This document shows, piece by piece, positions 9,595 to 19,128 of a DNA stretch of 64,000 nucleotides; within the stretch, counting starts at the first letter, position 1; each line of letters begins with the position of its first letter. The notes under the pieces were generated by a model, which was not told where the DNA came from, made no database searches, and saw only the letters and a list, made by a program, of their open reading frames with translations. The position numbers and the translations under genes are program-made. The stretch is from Ignavibacteria bacterium (GTDB lineage Bacteria; Bacteroidota; Ignavibacteria; Tepidaquicellales; Tepidaquicellaceae), in the NCBI GenBank assembly GCA_016709315.1, contig JADJMZ010000007.1, forward strand, positions 291,546 to 355,545, written 5' to 3'.

Positions 9595-11044
9595 TGCACC
9601 ATATATTCTGGTTCAGAAAAGATCTTAGAATAACTGATAACCATGCTTTATCACAGTTTATAAAAGAAATTAGCAGTAGTGAAAGTTTCTCATTTATTTA
9701 TATTAAGAATGAAAATTCATACAGATACTACGGTGAAAAGCGGATAAATTTTTTGTATGAATGTCTGGAAGAATTGAAGAATGATCTTTCAGAGTTTTCA
9801 ATAAACCTTCAGATTTTTTCGGGTAAAAGCTTGGAAGTCTTTAAAATAATTTTAGCTGAAAAGAATCCTGTAACAGTTTATGTAAATGAGCAGGTAGAAC
9901 CATATTGTAAAGAAAGAGATAATGCTGTAAAAGAAGATGATTGAAAATTCAGGAGGAAGATTTATTTCATTCTCTGATTCCACTTTGTTTAATCCCGGTG
10001 ACATAAAAAACGGAGATGGAAATCAATATAAAGTTTTTACGCCTTTTAAGAACAATGCATTGAGCATTCTGACAAAAGTTCATTATGAAATAAAAGAGTG
10101 TGAATTAAAGAAATCTGATAATCGTAATGAATTTGTTTTTGAAAGCATTCCTGGAATTCAAAATAAAAAATGAAAGACCGGAATTAAGTCAATCTGGGTT
10201 TCTAAAAGGCGGCAGAAAAGAAGGACTTAAGCTGCTTAAAAATTTTTATGAGAATAAAATTCACAGATATAAATCTGATCGTGATTTTCCTTCTCTGAAC
10301 GGAACAAGTTTCCTGTCGGCTCATCTGCATTTCGGAACAATCGGAATCAGGGAAGCTTTCAGAACAGCGAAGGTTAAGCTTGACAAAATAAAATCCGAAA
10401 ATGATTCAAAGGAAGTAGAGACATGGATTAATGAATTACTCTGGAGAGAATTTTATTATCACATAACTTTTCATAATCCTCAGCTTACTTATCAGTCATT
10501 TAAGAAAGAATATGATGATCTAAAATGGAATTATGATGAGACTGAATTCTGTAAATGGTGCGAAGGAAAAACCGGCTACCCAATTGTTGATGCAGGCATG
10601 CGGCAGTTGAATACTGAAGGTTGGATGCATAACAGGATAAGAATGATCGTTGCAATGTTTTTAACCAAGGACTTATTTATTGACTGGAGACTGGGAGAAA
10701 AATATTTTGCTGAGAAACTCATAGATATGGATTTTTCGAGCAATAACGGGGGCTGGCAGTGGAGCGCTTCGACAGGAGTGGATGCTCAGCCCTATTTCAG
10801 AATATTTAATCCGTATCTGCAGAGCAAGAAATTTGATCCTAACGGAGAATATATAAAAAAATATGTTCCTGAATTAAGTTCGCTGCCGGTAGAGTTCGTT
10901 CATGAACCGCAGATAATGAATTCTGCTGAACAGGAAAAGTACAAAGTAACTATTGGTAAAGATTATCCTTATCCGATGACAGATCATAAAGCAGCAAAGG
11001 ATATAGCAATAAGAAATTTCAAAGAAGTTACAAATAAAATTTAA
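9594..11044 (+). pseudogene. phr: Deoxyribodipyrimidine photolyase split into three frames by two frameshifts
   Basis: Three consecutive overlapping ORFs together align to photolyase: HHIFWFRKDLRITDNHAL; YKVFTPFKN; WREFYYH, GKTGYPIVDAGMRQL, GWMHNRIRM, NNGGWQW, PYFRIFNP. The frame changes lie at about 9930-9945 and 10150-10180, both in A-runs. Confidence 0.85.
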
Positions 11045-11081
11045 TATTACACTGGAAAACAATAACAGCAAATATGAACCC

Positions 11082-12527
11082 GTGATCGGGCTTGAGATAC
11101 ATGCTCAGATGAAAACTAATACAAAAGCATTCTGCAGATGTTCGACTGATTTTCATTCATCGCCGAATTCAAATGTATGTCCGGTGTGTCTTGGCTATCC
11201 CGGTTGTTTGCCTGTGCTTAATGAAAAGTTAATCGAATTCACAATAAAAATGGGAATTGCAACAAATTGCACTATCAGAAGCAATTCGATTTTTGCAAGG
11301 AAAAATTATTTTTATCCTGATCTGACAAAGGGATATCAGATAACTCAGTTTGATACTCCTTTATGTTATGAAGGACATATAAATATTAAATTGAAGAACA
11401 AGGAAACGAAGAAAATCGGAATTACCAGAATTCATATAGAAGAAGATGCAGGTAAGTCAATACATGATTTTCATGATGATGAGACGCTTATAGATTTTAA
11501 CAGATGCGGTGTTCCTCTTATAGAAATTGTAAGCGAGCCTGATATGAATTCTACTGATGAAGCACATCAGTATCTGTCAAAGATTAAACAGACTCTTATT
11601 TATCTTGAAATAAACGACGGTAATATGGAAGAAGGTTCTCTGAGATGTGATGCAAATATTTCATTAAGATTAAAAGGAACAGAAACTTTAGGAACAAGAA
11701 CAGAGATAAAAAATCTGAATTCATTCAAGAATGTATCTGATGCAATAGAAGCTGAGATTAAGAGACAAACATCAGTGCTCGAATCCGGTGAAAAGGTATC
11801 TTATCATACGATGACATATAATGCAAAGGACAAAACCACAGCTGCAACAAGGACAAAGGAAGAAGCGCATGATTACAGATATTTTCCTGAACCTGATCTT
11901 GTAAAACTTAAAATAAGCGAAGATTGGTTAAGAAAAGTCGCAGATAACCTTCCTGAGTTTCCGGATAAAAGAAGAGACAGGTTCATGAAGGATTATTTTC
12001 TCCCTGAATCAGATTCCGAAGAGATTACACATGACAGGAAATTTGCGGATTACTTTGAGAATGTAGCAGTAAATTTATCAGATAAAAATGAAAGATCTTT
12101 CCGGACTGCAAGCAATATTGTAAGAGCGGAAGTGCGGAAAGTTATGAATGAAAAGAAAATAGGAATAAACGAATTTCCTTTGCCGGCAAAAGCTATTGCT
12201 ATGATTGCAGATTCGGTTAATTCCGGAAAAGTCAGCATAACGGCATCGAAGGAGATATTCACTCTGATGCTTTCCGGAAAGAGTGAAGAAGAAATGTTAA
12301 GTATATTCAGAGAGTCCGAAAAAAATCTTTCAATAGTATCGGATACTTCTGAAATAGAATCCATCGTAAAAAAAATCATTGATACTAATCCTGAAGAAAC
12401 GCAAAGGTACAAATCAGGGGAAAAGAAACTTGCAGGATTTTTTGTCGGAAAGGTAATGCAGGAAAGCAAAGGAAAGGCGAATCCGAAAATTGTAAATGAA
12501 TTATTAATTAAACTACTTGAGGTATAA
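11082..12527 (+). CDS. gatB: Asp-tRNA(Asn)/Glu-tRNA(Gln) amidotransferase subunit B
   Basis: VIGLEIHAQ, CPVCLGYPGCLPVLN, HIEEDAGKS and a C-terminal YqeY-like tail. GTG start; an out-of-frame ATG lies 8 nt upstream. Confidence 0.9.
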   Translation: MIGLEIHAQMKTNTKAFCRCSTDFHSSPNSNVCPVCLGYPGCLPVLNEKLIEFTIKMGIATNCTIRSNSIFARKNYFYPDLTKGYQITQFDTPLCYEGHINIKLKNKETKKIGITRIHIEEDAGKSIHDFHDDETLIDFNRCGVPLIEIVSEPDMNSTDEAHQYLSKIKQTLIYLEINDGNMEEGSLRCDANISLRLKGTETLGTRTEIKNLNSFKNVSDAIEAEIKRQTSVLESGEKVSYHTMTYNAKDKTTAATRTKEEAHDYRYFPEPDLVKLKISEDWLRKVADNLPEFPDKRRDRFMKDYFLPESDSEEITHDRKFADYFENVAVNLSDKNERSFRTASNIVRAEVRKVMNEKKIGINEFPLPAKAIAMIADSVNSGKVSITASKEIFTLMLSGKSEEEMLSIFRESEKNLSIVSDTSEIESIVKKIIDTNPEETQRYKSGEKKLAGFFVGKVMQESKGKANPKIVNELLIKLLEV

Positions 12528-12535
12528 ATTTTATT

Positions 12536-13306
12536 ATGAGAAGAAAACTAATTGCCGGCAACTGGAAAATGAATCTGACCTACAAAGAATCCGAAAAGCT
12601 GGCTAAAGAAATTACTGCTAAAATTGAACAGAAAGAATTAAATAAAGTTGACGTGCTGTTATGCCCGACTTTTGTTTCACTTGGTATTGTCAACAAGACC
12701 ATAAAGGATAATGATATCAAACTCGGAGCTCAGAATATTTCTTATGAAAATAACGGTGCGTTTACGGGTGAGGTCTCTGCGGAAATTTTAAAATCAGCAG
12801 GTTGCGAATATGTAATTATCGGTCACAGTGAAAGGAGAAGTTACTTTCATGAATCGAATGCAGTAATTAACAAAAAGATAAAGAAGGCAATTGAGTTTGC
12901 TCTCAAACCTGTTTTCTGCGTCGGCGAATCACTCATTGAAAGGGAAGACGAAATTTATGAAGGGATAATTGAGAAACAGATAACTGAAGGACTCACCGGG
13001 ATAGATGCAGAGCAGATCTCAGAGATTGTAATTGCTTATGAACCTGTATGGGCGATAGGCACAGGACTGAATGCAACTCCTGATCAGGCAAGTCAGATAC
13101 ATTCGTTTATCAGAAAAGTTATTCAGAAACTTTACAATGAGAAAACGGCGAATGAAATACTGATACTTTACGGAGGAAGTGTAAATGAAAAGAATTCTGC
13201 TGAGATGCTTTCTGCTGAAGGCATTGACGGAGCTCTAATTGGCGGCGCGAGTCTTAAGTCAGACGACTTCGCAATGATCGTTAAAAAAGCAGCACAGATA
13301 AAATAA
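12536..13306 (+). CDS. tpiA: Triose-phosphate isomerase
   Basis: IAGNWKMN, IIGHSERR, AYEPVWAIGTG and YGGSV motifs. Confidence 0.95.
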   Translation: MRRKLIAGNWKMNLTYKESEKLAKEITAKIEQKELNKVDVLLCPTFVSLGIVNKTIKDNDIKLGAQNISYENNGAFTGEVSAEILKSAGCEYVIIGHSERRSYFHESNAVINKKIKKAIEFALKPVFCVGESLIEREDEIYEGIIEKQITEGLTGIDAEQISEIVIAYEPVWAIGTGLNATPDQASQIHSFIRKVIQKLYNEKTANEILILYGGSVNEKNSAEMLSAEGIDGALIGGASLKSDDFAMIVKKAAQIK

Positions 13307-13343
13307 TTTTGATAAAATAAATTTAAACAAAAATAAAATACAA

Positions 13344-14519
13344 ATGAAAGAAGTAGTAATTGTGTCTGCTGTCAGAACTCCGGTCGGAAGTTATCTTGGA
13401 AGTTTATCTTCGCTGAAAGCTACTGAACTTGGAGCTATTGTAATAAAAGAAGCTGTTAAAAGAGCAGGTATTAAACCTGAAGATGTATCGGAAGTAATTA
13501 TGGGATGTGTGCTTCCTGCAGGACTTGGACAGGCGCCGGCAAGACAGGCGGCTATCTATGCCGGACTTCCTGATTCCGTACCGTGTCTTACAATAAATAA
13601 AGTCTGCGGCTCGGGATTGAAATCAGTAATGCTTGCAGAACAGGCGATAAAATGCGGAGATGCTGAAATAGTTGTTGCAGGCGGTTTTGAATCCATGAGC
13701 AATGTTCCTTATTATCTGGATAAAGCGCGGTCAGGATACAGAATGGGTAACGGAACTCTGATAGACGGAATGGTCCATGACGGATTATGGGATGTCTATA
13801 ATAATTTTCACATGGGATCTGCCGCTGAAATGTGTTCGAAGGAAATGAATATCACAAAAGAAGAACAGGATTCATTTGCTGAAGAAAGTTATAACAGAGC
13901 ATTGAAAGCTATAGAGAACGGATATTTTAAAGATGAAATAATTCCGGTAGAAATAAAAGATAAGAAAGGTTCTGTAATTGTATCAGAAGATGAAGATGTT
14001 AAGAAAGTTAACTTTGAAAAAGGTAAAACACTTAAAGGAGCATTTCAGAAAGACGGAACTGTAACAGCATTTAATTCTTCAAATCTGAATGACGGGGCTG
14101 CTGCACTTGTCCTGATGACAGCTGAAAAGGCAAAAGAGCTTGGTATCACTCCCCTTGCGAAAATAGTTGCTCAGGGATCTTTTGCGCAGAAACCGGAATG
14201 GTTTACGACATCTCCGGCTTATGCTATAAAGAATGTACTTAAAAAAGCAAAACTTGAAGTTAAAGATATTGATCTGATAGAAGCTAATGAAGCGTTTTCT
14301 GTACAGGCATGCGCTGTAAATAAAATTGCCGGACTTGATTCTTCTAAAGTAAATGTAAACGGAGGAGCAGTTGCGATCGGTCATCCTATCGGAGGAAGCG
14401 GAGCAAGGATTCTGACCACACTTTTACATGCAATGAAAAACAGAAAAGCCGGGAGAGGTCTTGCAACACTTTGCATTGGCGGAGGCGAAGCAAGCGCTAT
14501 CATTGTAGAAAGAAGTTAA
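13344..14519 (+). CDS. Acetyl-CoA C-acetyltransferase (thiolase II)
   Basis: VIVSAVRTPVGSY, active-site NKVCGSGLKS, NVNGGAVAIGHPIGGSG and CIGGGEA. Confidence 0.92.
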   Translation: MKEVVIVSAVRTPVGSYLGSLSSLKATELGAIVIKEAVKRAGIKPEDVSEVIMGCVLPAGLGQAPARQAAIYAGLPDSVPCLTINKVCGSGLKSVMLAEQAIKCGDAEIVVAGGFESMSNVPYYLDKARSGYRMGNGTLIDGMVHDGLWDVYNNFHMGSAAEMCSKEMNITKEEQDSFAEESYNRALKAIENGYFKDEIIPVEIKDKKGSVIVSEDEDVKKVNFEKGKTLKGAFQKDGTVTAFNSSNLNDGAAALVLMTAEKAKELGITPLAKIVAQGSFAQKPEWFTTSPAYAIKNVLKKAKLEVKDIDLIEANEAFSVQACAVNKIAGLDSSKVNVNGGAVAIGHPIGGSGARILTTLLHAMKNRKAGRGLATLCIGGGEASAIIVERS

Positions 14520-14548
14520 ATTATTTATTAACTCTAAATTAAATTGAA

Positions 14549-15400
14549 ATGAAAAATATAACTGTAATCGGTTCGGGAACTATGGGAAACGGAATAGCTC
14601 ATACGTTCGCGCAGTTCGGATACTCTGTGCTGTTAATTGATGTCAGACAGGAATTCCTTGACAAAGGGATGGATACGATTTCAAAGAATCTTGACAGGCA
14701 GGTTAAAAAAGAATTAATTACCGAAGAACAAAAGAATAAAACCCTTTCAAACATAAAGACTTCAATTGATATCAAAGATTCTAAAGATTCTGACCTCGTC
14801 GTTGAAGCTGCTTCGGAAAATTTCGATATTAAAAAGAAAATATTTCAGGATCTTGATTCTGTGTGCAAACCTGAAGCAATACTTGCAACTAACACGTCAT
14901 CAATCTCAATTACTGAAATTGCTGCTGTAACAAAGAGAGCTGATAAAGTAATCGGAATGCATTTTATGAATCCTGTTCCTGTAATGAAACTCGTGGAGAC
15001 TATCAGAGGTCTTGCAACTTCACAGGAAACTTATGATACTATTAAAGCGCTGACAGAGAAAATTGAGAAAGTGCCTGTTGAAGTTCAGGATTATCCCGGA
15101 TTTATATCGAACAGGATTTTACTGCCAATGCTTAATGAAGCAATGTATTGCGTTATGGAAGGAGTAGCAACACCGGAGTCAATTGACAGTGTCATGAAAC
15201 TCGGAATGAATCATCCGATGGGTCCGCTTACTCTTGCAGATTTTATTGGACTTGATGTATGTCTTTCTATAATGGAGGTGCTTCATAACGGACTAGGAGA
15301 TTCAAAATACAGACCTTGCCCTTTGCTTAAAAAAATGGTTGCCGCAGGTTATCTCGGAAGGAAGAGCGGAAAAGGTTTTTACGATTATGCTAAAAAATAA
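14549..15400 (+). CDS. hbd: 3-hydroxybutyryl-CoA dehydrogenase
   Basis: NAD-binding [13 protein letters not shown], then [15 protein letters not shown] and the GFISNR family pattern. Confidence 0.9.
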   Translation: MKNITVIGSGTMGNGIAHTFAQFGYSVLLIDVRQEFLDKGMDTISKNLDRQVKKELITEEQKNKTLSNIKTSIDIKDSKDSDLVVEAASENFDIKKKIFQDLDSVCKPEAILATNTSSISITEIAAVTKRADKVIGMHFMNPVPVMKLVETIRGLATSQETYDTIKALTEKIEKVPVEVQDYPGFISNRILLPMLNEAMYCVMEGVATPESIDSVMKLGMNHPMGPLTLADFIGLDVCLSIMEVLHNGLGDSKYRPCPLLKKMVAAGYLGRKSGKGFYDYAKK

Positions 15401-15425
15401 TTTTAATAATATAAACTAATATAAA

Positions 15426-16568
15426 ATGAATTTTGATTTTACGGAAGAGCAGATTTCTATCAGAGATGCTGCAAGGGATTTTGCAGAAAATGAAATCGCA
15501 CCTTCTGCTGTAGAAAGAGATTTGAATTCAGAGTTTCCTAAAGAAATTATAGCAAAGTTAGGAGAACTCGGATTTATGGGAATGATGGTATCTCATGACT
15601 GGGGCGGAGCGGGTATGGATACTGTTTCTTATGTACTTGCAATTGAAGAAATATCCAAACACGATGCGTCAGTCGGCGTTATCATGTCAGTAAATAATTC
15701 ACTCGTTTGTTACGGGCTCGAAAAATGGGGTTCGGATTATTTAAAGGAAAAATATCTGAAACCACTTGCTTCAGGAAAAATGCTGGGAGCTTTTTGTCTG
15801 TCAGAACCGGAAGCAGGAAGTGACGCTACTCAGCAGAGAACTGAAGCTGTCAGGTCGGGAGATCATTTTATTATTAACGGTATGAAGAACTGGATAACCA
15901 ACGGCGTAAATGCCGATGTTTATTTCCTTCAGGCAATGACAGATAAATCAAAAGGTTACAAAGGCATTTCAACTTTTATCATTGATAAAAATACTGAAGG
16001 TCTTGAAGTTGGAAAGAAGGAAGATAAACTCGGAATAAAAAGTTCTGATACCTGTACTCTCGGATTAAACAACGTGAAAGTACCTGCTGAAAATATTCTC
16101 GGCGAAGAAGGAATGGGATTTAAAATCGCTATGCAGACACTAAACGGGGGTAGAATCGGAGTTGCAGCTCAGGCGCTGGGAATTGCTCAGGCAAGTTTCG
16201 AAGCTGCAGTGAAGTATTCAAAGCAAAGAAAAGCATTTGATTCCCCTATCTCCAATCTTCAGGCGATACAGTTTAAGATTGCAGATATGGCTGTCAATAT
16301 AGAAGGCGCAAGACTTGTTGTTCTGAATGCAGCTAAGAATAAAGATGATGGAAAAAGCTATGTAAAGGAAGCATCGATGGGAAAACTTCTTGCAAGTCAG
16401 GCCGCTGTTAACTGCGCTCTTGAAGCTATTCAGATCCACGGAGGTTACGGTTATGTGAGAGAATATCTCGTTGAAAGATTTTTAAGAGATTCGAAGATCA
16501 CTCAGATCTACGAAGGAACGAGTGAAATTCAGAAAATTGTAATTGCAAGAGAACTTATAAAAAGCTAA
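15426..16568 (+). CDS. Acyl-CoA dehydrogenase (short-chain/butyryl-CoA type)
   Basis: FCLSEPEAGSD, WITNG, QIHGGYGY and IYEGTSEIQ motifs. Follows thiolase and hbd in an apparent operon. Confidence 0.9.
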   Translation: MNFDFTEEQISIRDAARDFAENEIAPSAVERDLNSEFPKEIIAKLGELGFMGMMVSHDWGGAGMDTVSYVLAIEEISKHDASVGVIMSVNNSLVCYGLEKWGSDYLKEKYLKPLASGKMLGAFCLSEPEAGSDATQQRTEAVRSGDHFIINGMKNWITNGVNADVYFLQAMTDKSKGYKGISTFIIDKNTEGLEVGKKEDKLGIKSSDTCTLGLNNVKVPAENILGEEGMGFKIAMQTLNGGRIGVAAQALGIAQASFEAAVKYSKQRKAFDSPISNLQAIQFKIADMAVNIEGARLVVLNAAKNKDDGKSYVKEASMGKLLASQAAVNCALEAIQIHGGYGYVREYLVERFLRDSKITQIYEGTSEIQKIVIARELIKS

Positions 16569-16569
16569 C

Positions 16570-17277
16570 TCAGAAAGTATAAATTATATTGGCAGCTAAA
16601 TTAGCGCTGTTAAAATTTGCAGCTACTGAAGTTATCAGGGGCTTTGATTTATTCTGATTCAAAGGAACGAATCTGTAACTTAATTCAAAGCCCACGCCGA
16701 TCTTTGAAAAGCTCGCAATGCCGAGCAGTATTTCATAATTGATTGTCCAGAAATCATTTGCAAAAGTTTTAATTCCCCTGTAATCCGATCTGCTGTCGTC
16801 TGTAAATATCTGATTTGTCATTTCTTCATTTATGTACATTGCTCCTGCCCCCAGACCAAAGTACATTTTTTCCAGTGTTTTATTTCCTGTCCTGGCAAAT
16901 GGATGAAATTTTATTCTGCCGTTCAAAGGTAAAGCGTTAAGTCTTGTCTGCTGTGAATAATAATATAAACGCTCGCTGTTTTCTGTAAAATAAAAACCAT
17001 TATTTCCGGATGAATTTGTAAATAAGTAAGCAGGTGAAAATTCTAATGTGTACCTTTCATTGAATGTGATACCAATAAAACCATCCAGCTCCTTCATAAA
17101 ATCTCCTGAATTCAACTGAAAGAAAGGATATGCATCTTCTACTGTATTGTCTGTAAGATAAACAAATTTATACGCCATACCGGCATACACAGACGATGAA
17201 GAGCTTCTTTCCTTTATCTGAGCAAAAGTATTCTGCGATATTATAAACAGTATTACCAGAGAAATAATTTTTTTCAT
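16570..17277 (-). CDS. Outer-membrane beta-barrel protein (porin-family-like)
   Basis: Signal peptide MKKIISLVILFIISQNTFAQ, alternating amphipathic strands, and a C-terminal aromatic residue (IIYTF). Confidence 0.5.
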   Translation of the reverse strand: MKKIISLVILFIISQNTFAQIKERSSSSSVYAGMAYKFVYLTDNTVEDAYPFFQLNSGDFMKELDGFIGITFNERYTLEFSPAYLFTNSSGNNGFYFTENSERLYYYSQQTRLNALPLNGRIKFHPFARTGNKTLEKMYFGLGAGAMYINEEMTNQIFTDDSRSDYRGIKTFANDFWTINYEILLGIASFSKIGVGFELSYRFVPLNQNKSKPLITSVAANFNSANLAANIIYTF

Positions 17278-17287
17278 ATTTATATTG

Positions 17288-18541
17288 TCAGAGAATATAA
17301 CGGCTAAGGTCGCGGTTTTTTACAATAGAGTTTAATTTTTCGTTGACATACTTTTTTGTGATCTCAACTTTAGATTTTTTGATCTTATCCGGGACTTCAA
17401 ACAATATTTCTTCAAGCACCGTGGTCAAAATTGTATGTAATCTTCTTGCTCCGATATTCTCAACCTGTTCGTTAACTTCAGCAGCTATCTTTGCAATTTC
17501 ACGGATCGCATCTTCGGAGAATGTAAGTTCGATATTCTCGGATTTGAGCAAAGCCGCATATTGCTTAATAAGAGCGTTCTCAGGCTGCGTCAGTATCTGA
17601 AAGAATTCATCCTTGCCAAGACTGTTAAGCTCTACTCTTATCGGAAATCTTCCCTGAAGCTCGGGTATTAAATCACTCGGCTTTGATGAATGAAATGCAC
17701 CTGAGGCAATGAACAAAATATGATCGCTTTTCACTGGTCCGTATTTGGTTATTATAGTCGAACCTTCTACTATCGGAAGCAGATCTCTCTGAACTCCTTC
17801 TCTTGATACATCCGGTCCCTGCGATTTTCCATGTCCGCCGGCGACTTTGTCTATTTCATCAATGAATACGATTCCTGAATTCTGAACTTTATCAATCGCA
17901 TCTTTAATTACTTCATCCATGTCAATAAGCTTATTTGATTCTTCCTGAGCGAGAACTTTCTTGGCTTCGGCTACCGAGAGTTTTCTCTTTTTTGATTTCT
18001 TCGGCATCATATTTCCAAAAATATCATTCAGATTAATTCCCATCTCTTCAAGTCCAATTGGACCAAGCACCTGAAGCATAGGAAAGTTATCTCCCGATAA
18101 ATCAAGCTCTATCGTCCTGTTATCCAAAAGTCCTTCCTTAAGCTGGTCGCGAAGCTTCTCTCTTGTACTTAAATTTATTTCTTCAGCGGATTTTTTATCA
18201 GTTTCAATTTTAACATTTGCATCTGCAGAAACTGCGCTTCCGTTTGCTGACTTTTTTACCGGCGGCAAAAGTATGTCTAAAATTCGTTCATCTGCATTAT
18301 CACGAGCTTTAATTTCCACTTCTTTCATTCTCTCACTCTTTACAATGTTAACCGAAAGGTCAGTAAGCTCTCTTATCATGGATTCAACATCTCTTCCTAC
18401 ATACCCTACTTCCGTAAACTTTGAAGCTTCTGATGGTGTTAACTGTTTATCCTCTTTTACATTACTTTTAGAAATTACCTTTTTCATTTTATGTTTTCCG
18501 TTTTGAATTTGTTTTTCTTTGTCCTCTTTTATCATTACCAT
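17288..18541 (-). CDS. hslU: HslU-like AAA+ ATPase lacking the Walker A segment
   Basis: SKFTEVGYVGRDVESMIRELT, Walker B IVFIDEIDK, GPDVSREGVQRDLLP, HILFIASGAF, IGARRLHT and a C-terminal DLSRYIL all match HslU. No GPTGVGKT motif occurs anywhere in the ORF. Confidence 0.8.
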   Translation of the reverse strand: MVMIKEDKEKQIQNGKHKMKKVISKSNVKEDKQLTPSEASKFTEVGYVGRDVESMIRELTDLSVNIVKSERMKEVEIKARDNADERILDILLPPVKKSANGSAVSADANVKIETDKKSAEEINLSTREKLRDQLKEGLLDNRTIELDLSGDNFPMLQVLGPIGLEEMGINLNDIFGNMMPKKSKKRKLSVAEAKKVLAQEESNKLIDMDEVIKDAIDKVQNSGIVFIDEIDKVAGGHGKSQGPDVSREGVQRDLLPIVEGSTIITKYGPVKSDHILFIASGAFHSSKPSDLIPELQGRFPIRVELNSLGKDEFFQILTQPENALIKQYAALLKSENIELTFSEDAIREIAKIAAEVNEQVENIGARRLHTILTTVLEEILFEVPDKIKKSKVEITKKYVNEKLNSIVKNRDLSRYIL

Positions 18542-18559
18542 ACTTAAGATTTATTTAAT

Positions 18560-19108
18560 TTAGCTTTTTAATTCTTCTATTGAAATATTATGATTTGTAT
18601 ATATGCATATATCTGCTGCCTGTTTCAGAGATTCTTCTACAATTTCCTTTGCGCCGAGCTTTGAATATTTAAGGAGCATTCTTGCTGCAACAAGTGCATA
18701 AGGTCCTCCGGAACCAATGGCTGCTATTCCGTCATCCGGTTCGATTACATCACCTGTTCCTGAAACTATCAGAGCTTTTTCATTGTCAACTACTACTAAC
18801 AACGCTTCAAGTCTGCGAAGATATTTGTCAGTCCGCCATTCTTTTGCCAGCTCTACTGCAGCTCTCGAAAGATTTCCCTTGTATTCCTCAAGCTTGCTTT
18901 CGAATTTTTCAAAAAGCGTAAAAGCATCGGATGTTGCTCCAGCAAATCCAACTAATACTTTGTCATTGAAAATTTTTCTTACTTTCTTTGTCGTATGTTT
19001 CATAACTGTATTTCCCATTGTGACCTGTCCGTCACTTCCTATGACTGCTTTTCCGTTTTTTATCAGTCCGATAACTGTAGTCGAACGTATTTTTTTTCTT
19101 TTTTCCAA
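18560..19108 (-). CDS. hslV: ATP-dependent protease subunit HslV
   Basis: Ntn-hydrolase N-terminus ...STTVIGL, plus [17 protein letters not shown] and GSGGPYA. Lies directly upstream of hslU. Confidence 0.92.
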   Translation of the reverse strand: MEKRKKIRSTTVIGLIKNGKAVIGSDGQVTMGNTVMKHTTKKVRKIFNDKVLVGFAGATSDAFTLFEKFESKLEEYKGNLSRAAVELAKEWRTDKYLRRLEALLVVVDNEKALIVSGTGDVIEPDDGIAAIGSGGPYALVAARMLLKYSKLGAKEIVEESLKQAADICIYTNHNISIEELKS

Positions 19109-19128
19109 ATCTGTGTATTATTTTAATT

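Noticed and set aside
12050-12469. Antisense ORFs nested inside well-supported genes (this one in gatB; also 5050-5349, 14079-14384, 17343-17600, 18717-19226, 20282-20635, 20816-21295, 31323-31748, 33857-34138, 43916-44317, 57165-57524 and 61439-61768)
   Set aside because: All lie opposite strongly supported CDSs. They have low-complexity Ser/Leu/Phe-rich translations typical of antisense frames in AT-rich genes and carry no motifs.
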